The position numbers were made by a program, and so were the translations under genes. A stretch of DNA of 64,000 nt, taken from Oopsacas minuta (Eukaryota > Animalia > Porifera). Shown one piece after another: positions 26,301-38,100 of this stretch. Every line of letters begins with the position of its first letter. Positions within the stretch are counted from its first letter, which is position 1. The DNA is taken from positions 62,001-126,000 of the forward strand of contig JAKMXF010000365.1 in the NCBI GenBank assembly GCA_024704765.1. The letters are read 5' to 3'. Under the pieces are notes generated by a model. It had not been told where the DNA came from, did not search any database, and saw nothing but the letters and a program-made list of their open reading frames with translations.

Positions 26301-29300
26301 ATTTTGGTTTCATAAGAAATGTGTACAGTATAACAATACCAACATCATTATTTGTAAACAAGACAATAATTAATCATATGGATTTTGTAAATAGTCATAT
26401 TGTGAGTGAACAATTGTATCAGTCTGTGAAGCCATGTTTTATAGTTCTAGTTTAAATTGGAACTATTGAATATTTATATTTATTGTTTGTTAAAATCGTG
26501 GCTCGAATCACACATATAATTACAAATATTAGAAATTTATGCGCGGAATTTATCTGGCGCTGCTATAATATTATAATTGCAACCAAAAATATTCTTATTA
26601 TAGGCGCTAAATATGCAGAATATGGCGCCAGATTTGTGATTTACGCGCCAATAATATATTGGCGCTCAATCCTTTGTCTTCACCTCCAATTTAATTAAGG
26701 AATTTTATTTTTTGTCATATATATGAAAGACAAAACAACAATCTATTAATAGTAAACTAATACGATTAAATTATCGCCTTTTTCACTCCATTTACAAAGC
26801 CACAATTCGGACACACATGGCGCTTGTCCTTTGTGAAGTCCACAAGTAGAACGCACAACACACATGGCAAACACAACAGGAGTCCAAATATGAGGAAAAC
26901 ATATGCCACAATCGCCACTATAATCCATGAGCCAAGTCCAATTTTCGGGTCTACCCTTGTTAACACTTCTTTCTGGCAGTTGGTACATATGATCCTCTCG
27001 GGGACATCACTCCATTTCTTGGGGCCAGGGAGCGTCTGGACACATACCACTGGGGGTCCTGGCGCTGGGACTGGTGGACTGTCATAAGGAGGCGGAAGCT
27101 CTTTTGTGGTTATCAGGGGTTCAAGTTGGGCTGGAGGGTAAGATTGCATTCCGATAGTTCCTTATGGAACATGTTAGAAATTATAATAATAGAATTGATT
27201 TCTAAAATTGTGGTTGAATAGAAATAACATATTTGATGGTTGCATTTTAGAAATTGTGACCACTTGGGTATCGATCCCTTACCGGCGCCCCTTGTGCCAG
27301 AGCTGCAAATGGGTCACATGAAGTGACCCATGACCCATGTGACCCATCGAAGTAGTGACCCATGACCCATTGACCCATGGGTCATGACCCATTTATTATT
27401 TTCTGACCCATTCTGACCCATTCTGACCCATTATGTATTTCATTATTAGGAACAAGTATAATGTAAGTATTTAGTCTAACACAATAATTAAATTGTTTAT
27501 ATATCCTCCCAACACAACAGAGACAGCTTCGATAGTTTCTGGCAACATTGCATTCCGTTGAGATGTTACGATATGCCGAGCATTAAAGGCACTAAAGTGT
27601 CTCTCGCTTTCGGATGAGGATGCCTGAATTACCAATAGTCTCATGGCAATTATTGATAATAATGGAAACCTAAGTTTATTCTGCTTCCACAGATCAAGGA
27701 GATTAAAACTCTTACTTGTAGTATTCCAAACATTTAGTATAATGACCACCTCTATTAACTCTATTTAGAAGGTTTTCTAATTGACAAATAACTCTTTTAA
27801 GCCGACATTGTATATAAATACAATTTTGATGGGTCATGACCCATTAACGCATGACCCATGACCCACTGACCCATCTGACCCATTGACCCATTTGCAGCTC
27901 TGCCTTGTGCCACTTTGTGCTTAATTAAAACATTTTCAAATGTGGCTGTTTTTATATTACAACCAATCAATCATGCAGATAAACAACGTATAACTAATCT
28001 AAACATGTAAACAAATATGCATCAATGGAATGCCTTCTTGACACCGTTAACGAAGCCACAATTCGGACACACGTGCTGCTTGTCTTTCGTAAAGTCCAGG
28101 AGTAGAGCAATTAAGGCAAACGGGACACAAAAGATGAGGCCAAACGCGAGGAGTATCCATGCCACAATTCCCACTGCCACCCACGAACCTAGTCCCACTT
28201 TACTCTCAATTCTTGTCAGGACTTCTTGCTGGCAGTTGACACATTTTATCCTCTCAGAGATCTCACCCCATCTCTTGGGTCCAGTCTGGACACAGACAGG
28301 GGGTGCATCATATGATGGTGGCGCCTCTTTTGTTGCTATGAGGGGATCCTTTTGGACTGGTGGGTATTCCATTCGGTTAGCTATGTTGCTAGCAAATATT
28401 TACTTAACTATGAATTTAATAGTAGAATTATTATCTACTAGTATGGGTGTATTTTAATATTTCAAGATAATACATATAATTAGACGCGTTGCTATAACAA
28501 CAATACAAGAATGTACCTCTCATTTTTACCGGTTTGTGTTTGCCCCCATGAGGGGTAACTTAAGGACCCCTGATTAGTGGCCATTAAGGCTGAATCGAAC
28601 CCTGTTCCCCAAGTCTCTAACGTTATAACAGTCCAAAATTAGTATGATAAATGCACTTCTTGTAAAATGAACTGAAGAGCGGATATTTTGAAGATTTTCT
28701 GAGAATATTTGATAAATTAGAATAAAATAAATTCCTAATTAGGTTATGAATTAATTTTTACCTAAAACTACTGAATTATTGAATTTTATTCATTTTCGCC
28801 ATTTTTGCCTAATTCATTGAAAGGATTCCTTTTATCTTTTCCCATTCAAATGAAAGAAATCCTACCAATGAAATTCTCACTTATATGATATGAAGTCAAT
28901 TTTTGGCGCGTTTGCCCGCAATTACTTTAGTATAAATTGAGAATTTAATAGAATTCAACCACCAATCAGATTCTGTACTTTTCCATAACAGCATGTCATC
29001 TGTACCAACTATTCAAACACAGGAAACATTCTTGGAAAACAGATTGATACATTCCGATACCGATTTTTGGTTGCTAGGCGACGTAGAAGGGCCAGATGAT
29101 GTATTTGAAGATGACCCCTTCGAAAACGGACGAATATTTTTCAGAGTTGATGTACCTATGAGATTCGATTATTTTGCAAAAGAAAAATCTTTCTGGGAAT
29201 CGAGTCAGAGTTATTTCTGGGATTTTATCGGTTATATTTGGCAGAATAAACTTTCCTCAAAAAACACGTGAAAGATATTTTATTTACTTCTTGTTATACA

Positions 29301-31517
29301 CTTTTCCATCAATTTTGACACATTACATAATTTGCAATTATAACACTTTAAAATAGAAAATAATTACTAGAACTATGTCGTATCTTTATCATATGTTGCT
29401 ATCAGTTTACATACCAAAGATGCACCATGAACGTCATTTTCAATAACTGAAACTAGCTAAAGGATGTTGATAGTTCTTTCAATATAACTGAAACTAGCTA
29501 AAGGATGTTGATAGTTTTTTCAATATAACTGAAACTAGCTAAAGGATGTTGATAGTTCTTTCAATAAGTAATCAAATTGATCATAGTTATCCAGAAGATT
29601 CATTATGGAGGGGGGAATTGTAGTAAAATCATAAATTGAAACAAACCAACTTTCTAAGAATGTTTTTATCATATTACTATATGTGAATAGCTGTTAAGAC
29701 TATACAATTAATATCAGAGGATTCTAATTTTAGATATACGATGATTAGGGAAAACTTTGGTATAAATATTATGAAAATATACTTTTGAGTATCAAATAAT
29801 TATTTCTAACATGAATTCCAGAATCCAATCAACTAAACCTCGGCCACATTCCATGCTGTCATTCTCGTCGCTAAGAGGGATAGATGGACCAGATGACGTA
29901 TTTGAGGATTATATTGAGGACACCCAATCATACTTCAGAGTTGATGTGCCACCTGCAACTGATTATACAAAAAATGACCAATCAATATGGGAAGTTACAA
30001 GCACATATTTTTGTAGTTTTCTAGACTCTCTTTGGTGAACTTCACATTCCTAGTAACAATCCTGTTGTTATGTAATTTTTAATTTTATTCTGATAAATAT
30101 ACATTACAATTGCGTTATATTTTTTATAATATTTTAATTCCCGCTCGCGCCCGAAATATCGATTATTGCTATTGCGCGCCTAAAGTTATCTAATTATCCC
30201 GCCAACAAGATCCAATCAAATTCACGCTTTAGAAGTATGCATTGTCTGGAGTTGCATACAGTCAATTCCTGTTATATCTAAGCTCAAGGGACCGCGATAA
30301 TTACTTGGATATAACCGATGGAATGTATGGACTTTGACGGTTTGGGACCATATTTGTACAATTTCACACTTCGATATATCTGAGTTCTATTAACGTGTGA
30401 TGACTGCATATAATTGTGAGGTATTTATGGCTTTCAAAATGTGACAAAACTCAAGATTTACAAGTACTTAAATCCATAGTACCATAGTTAATTATGCCCA
30501 AAAGTTATCTGTACTCTCCTATGGAAAATTCCGTGTTTATCTATTTATAAGACTATCTTGCAAGCCATTTAATAATAATAACAACAAACATAATGAATAC
30601 CAACAGTCAAGCAACCAATCAATTTCCAGAGTTAATCTTGTGGTGTTTGTATTATCACCTCACTTTTCCAAATTTTCCGCTTAAATAATCCTTGCGGCAT
30701 TTTACAGCTGGGACATCTGTGTTTCACATCTTTCCATCTCTTAACAACCAATGGAATTATAGCTAGCGGTAACAGTAAGATTCCGGCGCCTAAAGTGAGA
30801 AGAGTTAATAGGCCTATAATTATTAAAATTATTACACACGAACTTAGTGAGGCCTTCCCGTTGATATAAATTATTTCTGAGATAACTTCGATTTTACACT
30901 CACGACACCTGAATTTTAGAGGGCTAGGGGTCCAGAAGTCCTTCTCCTCTTCCTCCCAAATGGACCAACGTCCCATAGGGGTTGTACTCATGACCTCATG
31001 TGAGGTGTTAAGCGTCACAGGGCTTATGATAACCATTGTGTCACGGTGTAATTTTGGTATCCGCAAATGTTGAGGACGATTTGGTTTAGAATTCATAATT
31101 TTAAATGTGAAATTATTTATTCTGTATTTATAGAAATTACCCGCCACTTTTATGGGGTTTAACAAACGATCTTTTGACGTTTTTCACACAAATTTGCTGA
31201 TTCTTGTATTTTTATGCCTCGTGAAACCTTTAAAACAGTGTCGAATACTCCGCCATTTCTAATTATGTATTTTACGCGGTGAATCTCCAATAAATGAACA
31301 GTAATTGTGATTGAATTTGTTTGTTAATTAGTTTATACTGCAATTCTAATAATAGTAACATTATTTACAGACTTATTTTTTAGTTGTTTACAGAATATTT
31401 ATGCTATAAATATGACTGATATATTCTTGTAAACATTCAATTTTCATTTTATCTAACTTATTTATCTTATTTAATATAGCCAAAATTATTACATTACTTT
31501 TAAGTCAAATTTCATCC

Positions 31518-31567
<50 letters not shown>

Positions 31568-32110
31568 GGTGCATTTTAATTATACGAGACAAACGCTTCT
31601 GTAATTGAGTTGTTTTGAGAAAATTAGCAACTGGATCCAATTTGGTTCCGTATGTAATTGATCCAATTAATTATCATGAGTTGTAATATAATATCATAAC
31701 AGTAAGGTAAACACACCCATAGGGACATCCTCATATTTGATATTTGATTTATTCTATTGAAGAACTGGTAAGAGCTATAAACTTGTAATTGGGGGAGTTC
31801 ATGGAATATGATATATCTAGGAAACTAGCCAAATATTTAAGTGATATTCTAACACCTTTCTGAGATATACAACTAAGTGTCTCGACCAATCAGATTTAGG
31901 TGTTTACCCGGGGTTATATTCTAACTGTTTAATTCTCAACAAAATCAATAATAAACAACAAATAAACAAATAATTAAATTTCCAAACAAGTTTGAATATT
32001 CTATAAATAGTTTTGTGGCTATTTATAGAATTCAGAGAGAGATTCAGCACAATGACTGTCAGCAGTGATTAGCCAATAGAATGGCAACCTTCTGTCGACC
32101 ACTTCCAAGG

Positions 32111-32157
<47 letters not shown>

Positions 32158-35100
32158 AACCATGTGATCACGTGACTATTGGGCTATTGGACCATTGGAC
32201 CATGGGGCAGGGCCCCAAATATTTGAAGACCCAACTTTTCTAACTTTAAGCTAAATAAGAGCAATTTAACATAAAAGTTTAGTGTCAAATCGGATTTGAC
32301 AATTTTAACACCTAATTGTCATATTTCATAAATTAAAATAGATCTGGCGACCATTTGGGTGTTTGTTTTAGTGGCGGGCATCGCAGAGGGCAGAGGGACA
32401 ACTACCTCAGATAATAATGGTTCCTATAACGATAAAACTACACCTTTCAATCAAACTTGAAAGAGAAAATAGAATATTCAAATATTTCTACTTTAAATAT
32501 ATTAACTATATGCCTACTAACAATAGATTTTAAGCGGGAAATATTATGAATAGCATTCCTAATGACTCCTATTGTTGCTATGAATAAAATATTTTTTAAT
32601 ATTCATAACAGATATAGTTCAATCATGTACTTTACAAATCTGTAAATTGCTTATACCCACACCTGTTGCTATGATTTAATTCACAAATCTGTAGTATTAT
32701 TACTTCATCTTATGCAGGTTTACTGATGTGAACTTACAACATTTATGGGGGCAAGGGAGGGAGTCTATCCAATAAACAAGGAAACTGCAGCAGTGTATTG
32801 AAATATGAGATTATTATTAAATTATATTCATTTGAGTAGCCGCGCCAACTGGTGTATATTTAATTAGGAAATATTTGAGTGGTATTTTTAGCGTATGACT
32901 TGCCTGTACCCCCAGAGGGGTCGGATGGATAATGGATAATGGATTTGTATCCATCCTACACTTCTGCCTGTTGTGCCTAATAATCTTATTGGTCCAGGAC
33001 AACCAATGAGATTTGTCGCTACGATTAGGCATATAACTTCTACGTAATACATATACAATATATTTACTAATTTTTATATCATAAATCAGTGCGTATAGAA
33101 AGTGTCAAGTCAAATAAGATATGTTCTAATCACACGAAGCAAGATTCATATCGTAAAATTATTGAATATTCAAATTCGGGTGACACAGCTAAACACAAAC
33201 ACTTTTCCACACCTCACAGTGAAATATATAGTTAATATATTTCCACGTGTTAATTAGATTAGATGATGATGGATATATTTTTAAGCGGGGAATAGATAAT
33301 TAGGCGCTAAATTACTCATAAAGAATTCATAATTTAGCGCGATTAATTATCTATTTCCCCGCTTAAAAATATATCCATCATCATCTAATCTAATTAATAA
33401 TACTTAACACCTAATTTCAAATGCTGGGAGCTAATTAATTATTGATTAGAAATTATCTTAGTTTTTGTTGTAATGAACTTTCGGTTTGAATTACAAATAA
33501 TATTCAACGAATAACAACAGCCACCTCTGCACACCTGTTCTTTTAATGACAATAATCTATTCATTAGTATTGAATAGGAACTAACCATCACAGATAGTAC
33601 CGATTTAATTTATAGTCACAGCTATTGCTAACGTCCATCAGCTAAAAATATATATATAATGCTGGATACTGTATGAATTAAAATAAATTCAGTGAAATGA
33701 AGTCTTTTCAAAATATGTTACCAACACTTTTAGAAGCAAGCGAGCCAGGCCTCGGAGAATTTGATAGGCGAGCTAGCACATCGGCGCCCGAATTGGACAG
33801 ACAGAACTCTCCTGCTTCAAATTATAACCCGCCAAATTATGCGCCACCTGGATTTAGGTCCAATGTCCCTGAAAGGCGACAGAGCTTCGCGGAACCGCCG
33901 GCTTATAAGCCACCTTGTGAAACGCTCCTTCGTAAACGAGCAATGAGTTCGCCTCTTTTCCCTTCCAAATTCAGTCGTGAGGAACCTGACACACACGAAA
34001 CACCTTCCCCCACTATTCTGACACCTCAAGTATTCGGTAAAGAGCCACAAGTTGCATTTTGTGCCACTTGTGAGAGACAACAATTGTCTGTCACTAAAAA
34101 AAAAATAGGCAAAGCTTCAAAATTCACTTTTGGAGTGGTAGCTGCCACTGTCGCTGTCATTTTCGCCCCAGCAACCCCTCTGACATTAGGAATTCTCCTA
34201 AATTCAAATCTGAAAGATACTGTGCACAAATGTCCCAGCTGTAGAGAGCGAATGGGCAAACATAGACAACCAGTTTTCTAAATATAGCACCTATTCCTAA
34301 CTTTTTATTTATGTGAAAATATTTTGATATTTATCAGTCGTCCACAATTAATAAATTTAATTGAATTTACTATTTCTATATTATACTTTCATCTATTTGG
34401 CGCGTAATAAAGGACAATATTTTGGCGCCTATAATTTGTATTAGATAACCCCCCATTTCTAAATTCACGCGCCTAGAATCAAAACACGTAGCTGGCTCAT
34501 TAATGTCAACACCAGGAGGTAGTGACACATGTCCCCAATATGACACTATAAACTGGAACTATACAATTACGTTTCACCTATAGTTCCATATTATTATCTT
34601 TATTAGAACTATCTACACCTGCCATATTCTAAAGTCATTATTCTCCTCACTTCGGTAAAGATATTATAATATAATTAGAATTCCAATCAATTGTTTACAT
34701 AAACCACTTTTGCTTATTTGACTGCCACCAGAGACTATGCTGCCACGTAGAATAGGTGTTAGCTAGTTTCATTATAGCACTTTCATTGATCTAAAATTAG
34801 CATCAAACGATCATTGAACGCACGCTTACGTTTGCGATCTATTTTTGATTATCGAAGGATGATCGGCGATCATTTGATCACATTAGGCACACAGAATTCG
34901 AACATTTGCTAATCTAGTCCCCAAAATGTATGACTGATTTAATGGCTATTATACTGGTAGATTTCTTATCAGTAATGTGTCGACATATACTATGGATAAT
35001 AAGGATATCTACATTCCATAGAATGGTTGCATAGCAACATAAAACTATGCATACTGATATGTTGTTATCTTTCCAAATTTCATTTATTGATTGTAATTAG

Positions 35101-38100
35101 TAAACAAACATTAAACGCTCTAAATACACAAACAAATAATCAAAATTAATCCATTTGTTTCTTAGTTCCATTAATATATCCACAATTTGTACAAATATGA
35201 TTAACATCTTTGAAAGTGTCCATGAAAAGTGCTCCAATCCCACAAGGTACACAAATCCAACAGAAACACAGACACAAACATATAATACAAACAGCAGTCA
35301 TTACCCAATTCAAGTTACCGACCTTCAATTCTGTTTGTGAGATCTAAAAATAGAATAATGATAAACGGATTGTTGGTCACACGGAATGATAAGATACTCT
35401 GCCCCATTGGGAAGTGTCCCTTAACCTCATACGGCCTCAGAAAGGTGTGAAAATATTCATATACGTATATACACACTTACCCCAGCGACTTTACAATTCA
35501 CACAGATAAATTCCTGTGGTAGTTTTCCCCATTCAACATCAGTATTATAATTATAACTCAAACCATTTGATATAATACTACCCCGGGACCTCCCGTTGTT
35601 ACCCAAGGGCTCTTTGGAATGTACCGTATTTGGTTCCATATTTGTTTTTGTTGTTGTTTGTTCAGGTGTTGTTTGTGTAGAATTGTTTTCTGGCATTTTG
35701 TAGAAATCTCAAGCTATATGCAAAACACTCTGCCTATTATAATTAACGTAAAGCTGGCATCTTATTGGTCAATAATCCGCCACGTGTGACCTTTATTGAA
35801 CTCTTTACGCTGATTGGTCATAATATCACGTTATATTTGGTAATGTGTAATTTGAACTAATTATCCATTTATTGTACAATTGGAATTATGTTGATAAAAT
35901 GGCGCTCAATTTATATGTATATGCAGCTGGTATTGCGAACAACCGCGACGATAATTATTTATGAAATGTAGGTGTCAAAATTTATTTATTGTTAAGAATT
36001 CAATTGTATTAAAATCTCATGAAAACTTCTATAAACTTTCCAACCAATGAATTTACAGTTTCAGATAGGCATTATGAACTAATAGAATACCAGACAACTG
36101 AGTAAGCCCTCTAATCTGATAGGTTAAGACATTTGTGAACATACTATAAATACAAATGACGATAATTATCAGCTGTTTTAAAATTAATATGAAAACATTT
36201 CGAGAGACTATATATTTAATCTAACCAATCAGAATCCGTAGTTTAGGCGCCATAATGTGCTCACTATTAAGATTCCTAATTTTGGTAATAAATTCTGTCC
36301 AAAAATTCTTGTAAAATTTAATTAAAAATGGAATTGTCAGGAATGTCCCATTTTCGGATATATTTTAGTGTCATATCCATCGACACAAGTTTCCCACTTT
36401 ATGACAGGTCAGACCGCCACAAAATACGTGTCCCACTATTTGCACCATCAGTTCGGAATTCATAAATCATTTCAATCTAGGTATTTATAGATGAACTTGA
36501 TGCCGTGGGTGGAGCACGGATTGCTACAGATATCCACCCATATGCTCGCATGACACTTAATCAATTGTTAGTAGAGCTAGATGGATACAAGGAAAACGAG
36601 GAAGTTATTGTGATAGGCGCAACTAATTTCCCAGAGTCTTTGGACAAGGCCTTGGTGCGACCAGGGAGATTTGATCTTAAAATTAACGTACCGATGCCAG
36701 ACCTTAAAGCTAGACATGATATCTTAAAGTTATATCTTGACAAGGTGTGTTAACAATCTGTCCCGACACCTTTGTCTATTAAATTTGTTTAATTGGAGGT
36801 ACAATGCATATACCTCCATAGTGCCTCCAATTACTTTTTACTGTACGGGCTATTCATAGGTAAAATGTGATCCAAACTTGGACATAGAACCTCTTGCACG
36901 GAGCACGCTTGGTCTGACGGGGGCGGACCTAGCGAACTTAGTCAATCAGGCTGCTATACAGGGGAGCGTTAGGGGTGCAGAATTTGTTACCCAGGGGGAC
37001 CTAGAGATGGCGGAGGATAAAATTAGGATGGGACCAGAGAGGAGAAGTTTGGAGCTGAGAGAGAAAAACAAGGAGGTGATCGCCTACCACGAGGCTGGAC
37101 ATGCCCTCGTGTCTTTATACACTGAAGGTGAGAATTGGCCCTTTTTTCCTCCCGATGGTTCCTTCATAAGTATTTGAACGCACTGCCATAATTTCCACAT
37201 GACACTAATATGCATGCCACATTAGTTGTTTAGAATTTGAGTCTATACAAGTAATTCATCAAAAGACATTTCTTGCAATATTTAACTATTCTGGGCGCGT
37301 GCCACTTGTGCCACATGTGGTATGGTGTGCAATACCTTTGGCCAGTATCAATGACCTTCTGGGTCAATTACAATATTTCAGGGGTACACTCTTGCACCAT
37401 AATCCTCCCCTAAATCACTTGTCCCAACTCCTCACCACTGTTTACGATCCATTTTCAGGTTCAATGGAGATTCGTAAAGCTACCATTATACCCCGGGGAG
37501 GAGCACTGGGGATGGTCTCCTTCTTCCCAGAACGCGACGAGCTAGGCTACACTAAGAAACAAATGTTGGCACAACTTGATGTCGCTATGGGTGGCAGGGC
37601 AGCTGAACAAATTATATTTGGAGACAAGGAGGTTACGGCTGGGGCTAGTAGTGATATGAAGGGAGCTACTGGATTGGCTATGTCAATGGTTGCTCATTTT
37701 GGAATGAGTGAAAAGGTAATTAATATTTTGTAAACACATAAACAAACAAACAAACTAGTAATATATTTGTAGACCGTAGTTCTCATTATATGACACACTA
37801 ACTAATCTCCCGTTTGGAGTTATAGCTATCCCTTGGGGGTTATATAACATTCCTTGTTGGTATCCCTCTGTTCCTACCGTGTGTAGGAAACTGCCTTCTG
37901 GAGAGAATACCCGAATTGAGTGAGAGTCTTCATCGCTAATAACAAAGTTGTTAAGTGGATCTATACAGAAGAAGATAGGGCCTAACACATCCATTCCTTG
38001 TCCACAGGTAATGAGGGAATGTAGCTTGTCTCCTTCTAGGGTTAGCACGTGCATACAGGGGTTGTTAGATGGACACAGTACGTACACGCGGTCACGTGAC

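Noticed and set aside
27471-27749. Host zinc-finger BED gene
   Set aside because: It lies within TIRs and a TSD and covers only the hAT dimerisation domain, so it is a transposon remnant.
32817-33032. 71-aa minus-strand ORF inside the LITAF island
   Set aside because: No motif, paralog or splice support; could be chance.
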